Positions 17,866 to 25,949 of a stretch of DNA of 34,581 nucleotides are shown here, in pieces (position 1 is the first letter of the stretch; the number at the start of each line of letters is the position of its first letter). The notes beneath the pieces were generated by a model. That model was not told the origin of the DNA. It did not search any database and saw only the letters and a program-made list of their open reading frames with translations. Source of the stretch: Candidatus Latescibacterota bacterium (GTDB lineage Bacteria; Latescibacterota; UBA2968; UBA8231); contig CBDCXV010000006.1 in NCBI GenBank assembly GCA_965223905.1, forward strand, positions 1 to 34,581. The letters run 5' to 3'. The translations under genes were made by a program, and so were the position numbers.

Positions 17866-19448
17866 CACACCTGGTAGGCGAATATCTTGGCCTGGAACAT
17901 CTTCAGCCGGACAGCCACCATTTCGCCCACGCCGGAGAGGTCGCTCCTTCCCTGCCAGGTCACCACCCGGTCGGCAGCATCCCCCGTCAGGCGGTCGCAC
18001 TCCTCGAAGGTGAAGCCCGGGAGCGGGTCGATGTCCCCGTGGAACATGGAGGGCATCATGCGCATGAGCTCCACGCTCACCCACCCACCCGGCAGGCAGC
18101 GGTAGTTCAACCGCAGCTCGTCGTTGCGCCGGTAGAGGGTCGGTATGGTGAACCGCCCCTCGTTCCGCGCCTCGAAACCGCAGAAGCGGTGCGGCTTCCA
18201 CAAGGCCCAGCCCATCTTTCTCGCCTGTTGCTGCGGGAACAGGGCGGCCGCGTACTCCTCCTTGACGTTGTGAAGCCTGGATTCGGCCCAGTACTGGGCA
18301 CCCCAGTGTCCGTCCGGCAGCTCGACGATACCGGAGGCCCCGATCATGCCCTCTTCGCCACTGCCGGGAGGGCCCAGTGTCACGATGGGCCGGCGTTCCG
18401 GGCGGTACCAGATGAGCCCATCCCGGCTGAAGGCTATCTGCACGTCCATCTGGCCGGTCATATGATGGAAGACCGGGGTCAGCATGCCGTGGAGGTCGGT
18501 GCGTCCCGGATAGGGAAAGTAGCTGTGAGCGTAGAAGGAGATGTCGAGGTCGTCCTGGGCGTCGGGGTGCATTACGAGCTTCGAGGCAGGCCAGCGGCGA
18601 AAGTCTTTCGTCCTGCAAAAGCCGTTCGCCCGGCGCACCATCTCGACTTCCTGAACACCTGTCCCGATACCCTTCGGATCCTCCGGGGCAAAGCCTTGAG
18701 GCTGCATGTACGCGTAGTAGGTGCCGCTCTCTTCATCATACCCGGCGACGATGCCCCCGTTGACGGAGTACTCCGCCAGCGGCTCCTCGATCTGCTTCCA
18801 GCCATGGAAGCGGTCCGGGGACGTCCAGCCGACCATCCACCCGCGCAGCACCACCTTGGGGGCCCGGTAGTCCTGCCCGTAGTGCATGGCATCCCACCGC
18901 TTTCTGGCCTCCTCGTCAGCCAGCTTCTCCCATGTGTCGGGATCGTACCAGCCGGCCCCGGCCCCCATGGCCTTGAACCGCTCCTCGGGCGGGGCCGAAG
19001 GGTCCTCGAAAATACCCCCCTCCGGGTGGTTGGCGCGGATGTTGTTCTTTTTCGAGCCGTCGTACTCCACCTCTCCCAGCTCGGGACGGGTCCAATGGTA
19101 GCAGTCGTCGCTGACTGCGTAGCAGGTGCCGGTCCCCGCGGCGTGGTAGAACATGTGGTAGCGGCCATCTTCGTACCACAGGTCGCTCGGAGAGAGCCCT
19201 CCCTTCTCCCACTCGACCTCTCCCTCGAAAACCACGGGGGCCTTGGCGGCCTCTTCTATCCTCAGCTCGATTCCCACGGGCGCGTCGTACAGGTTGTACT
19301 CCCCCTGGCGGGAGACAGACCTGTTGCCGGGAAAGATCTCGGAGACGTCGATCAGCGGCATCCACGTCCCGGGATTGCTTCTGGGCCTTACCCAGTCCCC
19401 CGGGAAAAACCCCTGCCACGGTCCGGAAAGAACTCTCTCTTCAGCCAT
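17865..19448 (-). CDS. GH32/GH130-like beta-propeller plus beta-sandwich protein, 527 aa
   Basis: CYAVSDDCYHWTRPELG, FEDPSAPPEERFKA, QIAFSRDG, LRLNY and VTW..RSDLS..VRLKM motifs; AGGAGG RBS. Confidence 0.7.
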   Translation of the reverse strand: MAEERVLSGPWQGFFPGDWVRPRSNPGTWMPLIDVSEIFPGNRSVSRQGEYNLYDAPVGIELRIEEAAKAPVVFEGEVEWEKGGLSPSDLWYEDGRYHMFYHAAGTGTCYAVSDDCYHWTRPELGEVEYDGSKKNNIRANHPEGGIFEDPSAPPEERFKAMGAGAGWYDPDTWEKLADEEARKRWDAMHYGQDYRAPKVVLRGWMVGWTSPDRFHGWKQIEEPLAEYSVNGGIVAGYDEESGTYYAYMQPQGFAPEDPKGIGTGVQEVEMVRRANGFCRTKDFRRWPASKLVMHPDAQDDLDISFYAHSYFPYPGRTDLHGMLTPVFHHMTGQMDVQIAFSRDGLIWYRPERRPIVTLGPPGSGEEGMIGASGIVELPDGHWGAQYWAESRLHNVKEEYAAALFPQQQARKMGWALWKPHRFCGFEARNEGRFTIPTLYRRNDELRLNYRCLPGGWVSVELMRMMPSMFHGDIDPLPGFTFEECDRLTGDAADRVVTWQGRSDLSGVGEMVAVRLKMFQAKIFAYQV

Positions 19449-19491
19449 TTTTTCGCCCTCCTGAGCGACGCCGCGAGTACGGGCGTGTTGT

Positions 19492-19825
19492 TTACGGCCT
19501 GATCACCGTGCCATCGGCGCGCCGGGCATTGCCCCACCACCTGATACTGGGGCCTGCCGGGTCCTTGACCGGGGAAGCGGGCCGCCAGCTTCTCGTCGCT
19601 GTCAACCCTCAGACCGGGCTTGCCGTTCGGCCACATGTAGCCCCTGCGCACTTCAGGCGTACCTGGGAACACTTCCTTCAACGTCTCGTGGGTGTTCAAG
19701 TAAACCGATGCCTCCTGGATGCCCAAATACCACACGTTCATGTCCAGCATGAGGTTGCCGCGTGCCCGACAGGGGAGACGGCGGCGGAGCCGTGCCAGGC
19801 GGTGCGGACGTTGAAAGCCTCGACC
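19492..19825 (-). pseudogene. C-terminal fragment of an enolase-superfamily (RspA/mannonate dehydratase-like) gene
   Basis: VRTAWHGSAAVSPVGHAA / LMLDMNVWYLGIQE...EVFPGTPEVRRGYMWPNGKPGLRVDSDEKLAARFP / WGNARRADGTVIRP*, spread over frames by two shifts; N-terminal portion absent. Confidence 0.8.
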
Positions 19826-19976
19826 CTTGCGGTCCCGCCTTCAAGCGGCCAAGGTTGTGCCATCCGGAGAAAAATGGCGCATATCGCCTCTGAGTTTGCC
19901 AGTCGAATTACGCGCATCGTAGATGCCAACTTCGAGACACTGCCCTGACCTGTACGTAGCCACTCGTCCACTCTGC

Positions 19977-20723
19977 TCAACCGAAACGCCTGAGATCCGC
20001 CTTGTACTCCCAGCCGAGAAGCTCCCTGGCGCGGTCGACGTCGCAGGTGGCCGCGGCTTCCGGCGTCCCGGCGGCGTGGAAGACGTCGAATTGGACGCTG
20101 TCCGTCTCCAGCGCCAGCCGGCACCCCTCGGCGAGGTCGTGGCGGCAGACCCAGCTTTCGCTGAACCCCGTCATCGGCGTGCCCCCCTTGTTGATCCCGA
20201 GGCGCGCGTCGACGATCGAGCACGGGCGCAGCACGATGATCGACAGCCCCTTGCCCTCGTGAAACTGCCGGCACATCTCCTCCTGCAGGCGCTTGGTGAC
20301 CGCGTAGAGACTGGCGTCGGGGCGCCTTACCTCAGGTCCGAAGAAGATCCCCTCCGGGTGCCTCGTCTGCGCCGAGCCGACGTGGACGACGCGCGCGATG
20401 CCTTTGCGGTCGCAGATCTCGAGCACGTTCCACAGGCCCTTCAGGTTGATGGTGAAGGGCAGGACGTCGCCGTCGCGGTACTCCCCTCCGAGCATGGCGA
20501 GGTGAATGACGCCGTCGATTCCGTCGAGGGCGCTCTCGACTGTCGCGAAGTCGGAGATGTCCCCGTGAACGATCTCCCCCTGCGTCCACTCGCCGTCGAT
20601 CTCCGCGGACTGCTCCCAGGCCTCCGGGCCGGAGTCGAAGGCGCGGATATCGTGCATGCCCTCCAGGTTTGCCAGCACCGCCCGGCCTACCCAGCCGGCA
20701 GCGCCCAGTACCAAGACTTTCAC
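19977..20723 (-). CDS. NAD(P)-dependent epimerase/dehydratase-family SDR (uronate dehydrogenase-like)
   Basis: GAAGWVG, GDISD, VIHLA and YAVTK (YxxxK) motifs. Confidence 0.88.
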   Translation of the reverse strand: MKVLVLGAAGWVGRAVLANLEGMHDIRAFDSGPEAWEQSAEIDGEWTQGEIVHGDISDFATVESALDGIDGVIHLAMLGGEYRDGDVLPFTINLKGLWNVLEICDRKGIARVVHVGSAQTRHPEGIFFGPEVRRPDASLYAVTKRLQEEMCRQFHEGKGLSIIVLRPCSIVDARLGINKGGTPMTGFSESWVCRHDLAEGCRLALETDSVQFDVFHAAGTPEAAATCDVDRARELLGWEYKADLRRFG

Positions 20724-20791
20724 CTCATTCCTCCTTGCTTGCCCGGGTCAGGGGCATAAGCTACGTTGGGAAACAGGCGTCAGACAGCAGC

Positions 20792-20868
20792 GCACCCATA
20801 GCTCAATTGGATAGAGCATCTGGCTTCGGACCAGAGGGTTGGGGGTTCGAGTCCTCCTGGGTGCGCCA
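20792..20868 (+). tRNA. tRNA-Arg(UCG)
   Basis: 77 nt GCACCCA...TGGGTGC-G-CCA; anticodon arm TCTGG-CT TCG GA-CCAGA; T-arm GGGGG-TTCGAGT-CCTCC. Confidence 0.96.
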
Positions 20869-20887
20869 TTTTTTTGGCCCTTCCGCG

Positions 20888-21508
20888 ATGAAACTCGCCC
20901 GCTTTCTACTGGTCCTTTTCTGGTGCTGGCCGCTGACTGTCTCGGGGCAGGAATCGGCAATCTCCGGTGTGTGGGAGCTGCATTCCGAGGATGGCTTCGG
21001 ATCGGTTTCGCTGCGCCTGCAGACTTCGGCAGACGGCAGCCTTTCCCTGAAAGCCACGGGGAGAGCCGGCCCCGAGCTGCTCGACCTGGTCGGGGATGAG
21101 CTCGCCTTCCTTCCGGACAGTCTCGTGGCCGCGGTCGACGGCGCCGGTACCTGGCGGGCGGACGGCGATTCCCTGCGCATCTCCTGGTCGCAGCTGGACA
21201 TCGCCGTAAACGGCGTGCCGATTGCCCGTTTCATCGACGCGCTCGTCGCCGATCTCGCGGACTCCCTGGCAGATGATTTCCAGCTGGAGGAAGAGGAGCT
21301 CGAAGCGTTCCGGGAGTCGGTGGCGAGCATGCTGCTCGGCCAGCTCTCCGGCCTGCTGTTCCTCGACGATTCCGTGGCCGCCCGCTTCAGCGTCGAAGAG
21401 GACCGCCTGACGCTGACGACCTCGGATGGCTCGGTGACGCTCTATCGTGCCGGCGGGGACAGCGCGGTCCGGACCGCCAGCTGGGGCCGCGTCAAGATCA
21501 CACGATAG
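20888..21508 (+). CDS. secreted hypothetical protein with C-terminal SWGRVK tail, 206 aa
   Basis: Signal peptide MKLARFLLVLFWCWPLTVSG|Q; lipocalin-like IxGxW start; tail SAVRTASWGRVKITR. Confidence 0.75.
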   Translation: MKLARFLLVLFWCWPLTVSGQESAISGVWELHSEDGFGSVSLRLQTSADGSLSLKATGRAGPELLDLVGDELAFLPDSLVAAVDGAGTWRADGDSLRISWSQLDIAVNGVPIARFIDALVADLADSLADDFQLEEEELEAFRESVASMLLGQLSGLLFLDDSVAARFSVEEDRLTLTTSDGSVTLYRAGGDSAVRTASWGRVKITR

Positions 21509-21548
21509 GCTTGCCAAGGGCGATTCCGCTCCCTGGCGTCACACTCAC

Positions 21549-22050
21549 TTATTGTTTTTCAACGCTTCCGAGAACGCCAGCGGTGTCAATGCGGGCGACG
21601 ATGCGCATGGTGACGACGTCGTATATGCTGCGTATGTCACCCGAGCGGATGACGAACTCCCCGATTTCCACCTTCGCCTCCCGAGCCTGCAGAACCACCG
21701 GCAGGCCGAAGGGGATGAAGTTGTCGAGGAGGAACCCCTGGTCGTCGAGGAAGCGCAGATCGTAACGCAGCTCCACCGCTCGTTCCGCCGTGCTGCGGAA
21801 CTGTATCCGGTAGAGACCGTCGATTTCGAGTTCGCCTGTGGCGTCGAAGGCCGCGGTCAGGGGCCGCCAGTAGACGCTGTCGACAGCCACGGCCTCTTCC
21901 AGCCCGGCAGGTGCGCCCCCGACCTGGTATTCGCTCGAAAGGTCGAAGATGCCGCGATCGTCCAGGCTGGTGCCGCAGCCGCCGGCAGCGACGAGAGCGA
22001 GCGCGAGCAACGGCGCGCTGGAGTCTTGCGAATGTCGGGATCCGTGCCAC
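21549..22050 (-). CDS. lipoprotein (weakly YcfL/DUF1425-like); start uncertain
   Basis: LALALVAAGGC lipobox and ELRYDLRFLDDQGF. In-frame start is TTG 22010; GTG 22050 would supply a basic n-region (MARIPTFARLQRA) if there is a frameshift near 22012. Confidence 0.6.
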
Positions 22051-22328
22051 AGTCCTGATGGGATGCGGGGCAGTGATCGGGCTGATACGGAGGACGAAAT
22101 TTATCGAAAGGAGGGGCCGATGTTCCCGGCGGACCTGGAGTAAGCTCGCCGAGCGGCAAACCGACCGCCAGCGGCCTGCCGGCCTCGACGCTTCCGGGAC
22201 TGCCGGGTCGGCCCAAAAAACTTTAGTACCGCCGGGCTCGGGGGGCCTGACACTCCTGACCCGGGAATGCATGGAACGAACCTCGGTCAGGGCGGCGGCA
22301 ATCCGCAGGAGCCCCCGGGTACCCAGGT

Positions 22329-24422
22329 TTACCAGCGACCGTAGCGCAGGCCGAAGAAACACCCCGGCCAGGCGAAAACTCCCTCTTCCAACTCTTCCTC
22401 GTAGCTGTTCCCCGACTCGATCAGCCGGGGATGGCCGTCGGTCCACAACTGGTTCAGGGAAACCCCGCCAAACAGCGACGGACGGCCGGGAATGGAGTTC
22501 CCCTTGGGAAGGACCACCCCGGTCTCGAGCCTGATCCGCGACAGGTAGTTGTCAGTTGCCGATGGAACCCTGTAGACACCCGCCTCGATGGGCGGCCAGA
22601 AGTCGATGAAGGCGTCGTAATCCTCTTCGAGGTCGCGGCTGATCCGGTAGCCATGCACGTCGAGGCCGAAGGAGAACCTCCGCCCGCTCTTCCGGACCCC
22701 GACCCCCGGACCGATGGCCCAGAGCCGCCGGCCACCCTCGTCGGCAAAGCCGGTGGTGAAGGAGGTGTGATACAAACGGCCGCCGGAGGCGAGGGTGAAC
22801 AGGTTGAAGCCGACCTCGTCGCGCCAGGTGCTGAAGCTGAAGACCCCGCTGTGCGAGTAGTTGACCAACCCTATGGGCAGGCCGCCGTCGATACGGCCGG
22901 AGAGGTTGGTCACGCCCACCTGCCACCCCTTGACCTGGCTCGCCACGTTCAGGAGACCGATCTGAACGCCCGTGACCTCACCGGCGACATTCATGCCTGC
23001 GAACTGGCCGCCGCGGATCCTGCCGGCGACGTTGGTCCCTGTCGCCACCTGCCAGCCGCGCACCTGCGAGGCGATGTTGATCGGCCCTGCCTGCCCGCCC
23101 TGCAAGGGCCCCACCGCCCAGTTGACGCCCCAGAAGGTCGACTGCCAGCCGACGACCTCCTCGAGCGCCAGGTTTCCGACCCAGCTGACCTGGCTGCCGG
23201 TGCGCTCGCGGGCAAGGCTGACCATCCAGCCGACCTGGACGCCGCGGAACGGCTCGTCCTGGGTATTGGTCAGCAGCCCCATCGTCAGAGGGGTGCGGCC
23301 TTCTCCGGTGACGACTTCGATCTGACGGTCCTCGTTCATCCCCAGGGTGAGGCCCCGCTTCGAACCGCGGCGCAGGCCGGTCTGCTCCGGAGTCAGTGCC
23401 TGAAAGTGGCCGGCGTTCACCTCCGCGAACTCACCCTCCGCCAGGACCCGTTCGGCCAGGCGCCAGCCGGCTCCATCCGTCTGCAGGTACAGGGCGTAGG
23501 CCCCCGGCTCCAATCCCAGGTCCACCGCCCGCCCCGCGGATTTGTTCAGCTCGACGACCAGGCGCTGCCGGGCATTGCGGATATACAGACGGCCTGCGAG
23601 GGCCTCCTCCAGCAACAGACCCGCGGCGTTGCGGCGCACCTCCGTCATCACCACGCCGCCGGTGCCGCGCATCTCCACCTCGTAGGCTGGATGCTGGATT
23701 CCCCCTGCGGTCCCCGTGGTCTGGGACCTCGTCTCGTTGAAGGTGAACTGGTAGGCCTCGTTGAGGGTTACCAGGCCATCGCCGTCCCCATCTGCGGCGC
23801 CGCGCAGGCCGGAGACGAGGAAGTGGGTAAAGAAGGAAGCCTGGAGCAGGTCCGATTCCTGCGCCGCCTCGCCGGCCGAGCTCGAAGTGAGGAAAGCGTA
23901 CCCCTTCATGTCGAAGGACTCGTCGACGAGAAAGGGCGGACGGCGCCTGCCCCCCTTGGCGCGGGTTATGGCCCCGGAGGCACAGGCGTCGAGCACGGCG
24001 ATGTGCACGTCGGCACGGGCCGTCTCCAGGGCGCGGCGCAGAAGCGGATAGCCCAGGCGGTCCCCGGCGAGAAGCAGCCCCTCTTCGTCGGCGTGGCCGG
24101 AGTAGTAGAGCAGCACCTCCAGCCGGTCCCCCCGCCGGCCGGCCGCCTGCACCCGCCGCTCCAACTCGGCCAGACCTTTCTCGAATGCAGCGAGGTCGGG
24201 ATTGCGCAGCAACAGCACGTCGGCCGGATCCAGGCCCCCCATCTCCTCCAACACGTCGACGAAGTTTTCCGCGTCCGAGACGGCATAGCGCAGCAGCTCG
24301 CGATCGACGCCGCCGTTGTTGGCCCCCGCGGCCAGCAGCAGGCGGCGCACCTCGGCCGCTTCCGCCGGCAGGGACAGAACCGCCGCGGCAACGACGGACA
24401 GCAGGGCACACACCAGGTACAT
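22329..24422 (-). CDS. exported caspase-like (peptidase C14) protein with C-terminal GxQ(I/V)GxxN repeats
   Basis: Signal peptide ...LSLPAEA; YYSGHA and LDACASG (His-Cys dyad); SFFTHFLVSGLRGAAD; repeats GVQIGLLNVA and GWQVGVTN; beta-rich C-terminus FFGLRYGRW. Confidence 0.88.
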   Translation of the reverse strand: MYLVCALLSVVAAAVLSLPAEAAEVRRLLLAAGANNGGVDRELLRYAVSDAENFVDVLEEMGGLDPADVLLLRNPDLAAFEKGLAELERRVQAAGRRGDRLEVLLYYSGHADEEGLLLAGDRLGYPLLRRALETARADVHIAVLDACASGAITRAKGGRRRPPFLVDESFDMKGYAFLTSSSAGEAAQESDLLQASFFTHFLVSGLRGAADGDGDGLVTLNEAYQFTFNETRSQTTGTAGGIQHPAYEVEMRGTGGVVMTEVRRNAAGLLLEEALAGRLYIRNARQRLVVELNKSAGRAVDLGLEPGAYALYLQTDGAGWRLAERVLAEGEFAEVNAGHFQALTPEQTGLRRGSKRGLTLGMNEDRQIEVVTGEGRTPLTMGLLTNTQDEPFRGVQVGWMVSLARERTGSQVSWVGNLALEEVVGWQSTFWGVNWAVGPLQGGQAGPINIASQVRGWQVATGTNVAGRIRGGQFAGMNVAGEVTGVQIGLLNVASQVKGWQVGVTNLSGRIDGGLPIGLVNYSHSGVFSFSTWRDEVGFNLFTLASGGRLYHTSFTTGFADEGGRRLWAIGPGVGVRKSGRRFSFGLDVHGYRISRDLEEDYDAFIDFWPPIEAGVYRVPSATDNYLSRIRLETGVVLPKGNSIPGRPSLFGGVSLNQLWTDGHPRLIESGNSYEEELEEGVFAWPGCFFGLRYGRW

Positions 24423-24441
24423 GAGCACAACTCCCCGGAAA

Positions 24442-24718
24442 TTATGAAGCCCCCCCAATCAGGGTGGGCGAGGTTTTTTTCAAGGTGAACCGGTGGAAGC
24501 GAAAGTCGCCGGCCAGCACCCCGGTCTGCAGAAGCTCGGAGCCGCCCGCCATCTTGCGGAAGGTCTCCCGGGGGCCGCCCGCAGGCGTTTCTGTTTCATC
24601 AACACCTGCACGAAGACATCATGGGCGGCGTCGCGCCCCTCCTCTTTGTCGTGCGGTATCTGCCGGCATCGCGTATGACCCTAGGCCCGTAGCGGCGGCA
24701 GAGCTCATCCAGGTCCAT
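24442..24718 (-). pseudogene. ECF sigma factor 5' remnant, apparently fused to the 3' remnant of another gene
   Basis: MDLDELCRRYGPRVI / RCRQIPHDKEEGRDAAHDVFVQVL is a sigma region 2 start (shift near 24673). An unrelated tail follows: ETFRKMAGGSELLQTGVLAGDFRFHRFTLKK...*. Confidence 0.7.
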
Positions 24719-25010
24719 CCATTCCCCGAGGTGTGCAACAGATTGAACACCCGAGGCGGTGCCAGGTGTTACCCGAGCAGAGGATATTTTACCGACAAGG
24801 ATCGAGCGAGCCCGCGCTGACCTTGCATCATGAACATCGAATTCCAGCAAGGTCCGGTCGTACTGGGGTGGTTCCTGACGGCCATAGTTCGACCTGCATC
24901 AGGAGCATGGCCGCCCCCCGCAGGCTGCAGAGACGGATCGATTCCCTTGCCCCTGCCTCCGGGTTCGCGGTAGAATTGGCTTTTCCATCACCACTTACCA
25001 GGACAATCCC

Positions 25011-25949
25011 TTGAACCCTTCCGAAAACCCTCAGCAACCGCTGTTCCGGTTCCTGCAGATGAGCGACCTGCACGTCACCGCCGACCCGGCGCGGGCCCCG
25101 TTCGTCCGCGCTGTCGAGCGCGCCCGCTGGCTCACCTCCGAGCTCGCCGCCGGCAGCCTCGCCGGCATCGACCTCGTCCTCTGCATCGGGGACGCCATCA
25201 ACGGCGGCACTCCGGACAACGCGCGGGAGGACTACGAAGCCTTCAACGCCCTGACCGGGGAGATGTCCCAGCCGCTGCTGGCGGTGCCGGGCAACCACGA
25301 AACCAACGCCCGCGAAGGGGACCCGGAGTACTCCGCCCTCTTCCGGCAGGCGTTCGGGGTCGCGGCCACGAGCCACGCTCACAGGCACGGGGACCTGCTG
25401 TTCCTGATGCTCGACAACTCCGGCTCCAGCACCTGCGGCCCGGAGGTGTACGCGCGCCGCGAGCGCTGGCTGCGCGACACCCTCGAGGCGCATCGCGGCG
25501 TTCCCAAGATCCTCTGCTGCCACGTGCCGCTGGTGCCGATGCGGGACCCCGCGCTGCTGGCCCGGTCGCTGAGAATCGAGTCCTGGATGACGCGCGAGCC
25601 GGAAATCCTCGATCTCGTCGAGGAACACGCCGACAGCGTCATCGCCGTGCTCAGCGGCCACCTTCACGTCACCGGGCTGGTGTGCCGGCAGTCGATCTTT
25701 CACTTCACGGTTTCGGGCACCGCTTCCTACCCGGGGGACTACGCGATCTACTCCGTTTTCGAGGACCGCATCGAGGTGGAGGCGAAACAGCTGCCCCTCG
25801 AGCTCCTCGATCAGGTCACCGACCTGCACGGAGCCGGCCGCCACGGGGTCGACCTGGTCGACGACATCCACCCCACCCACGCCGAGTACGTGATGGGCAC
25901 CTACGACGAGCGCCGTTTCGCCATGCCGATGAAACGGCCGCAGGGGTGA
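25011..25949 (+). CDS. calcineurin-like metallophosphoesterase (Icc/CpdA-like)
   Basis: SDLH, GD, GNHE, CHVP and SGHLH motifs. Confidence 0.9.
   Translation: MNPSENPQQPLFRFLQMSDLHVTADPARAPFVRAVERARWLTSELAAGSLAGIDLVLCIGDAINGGTPDNAREDYEAFNALTGEMSQPLLAVPGNHETNAREGDPEYSALFRQAFGVAATSHAHRHGDLLFLMLDNSGSSTCGPEVYARRERWLRDTLEAHRGVPKILCCHVPLVPMRDPALLARSLRIESWMTREPEILDLVEEHADSVIAVLSGHLHVTGLVCRQSIFHFTVSGTASYPGDYAIYSVFEDRIEVEAKQLPLELLDQVTDLHGAGRHGVDLVDDIHPTHAEYVMGTYDERRFAMPMKRPQG

Noticed and set aside
20850-20880. tRNA as an integration site
   Set aside because: No integrase and no duplicated tRNA 3' end seen in the window.
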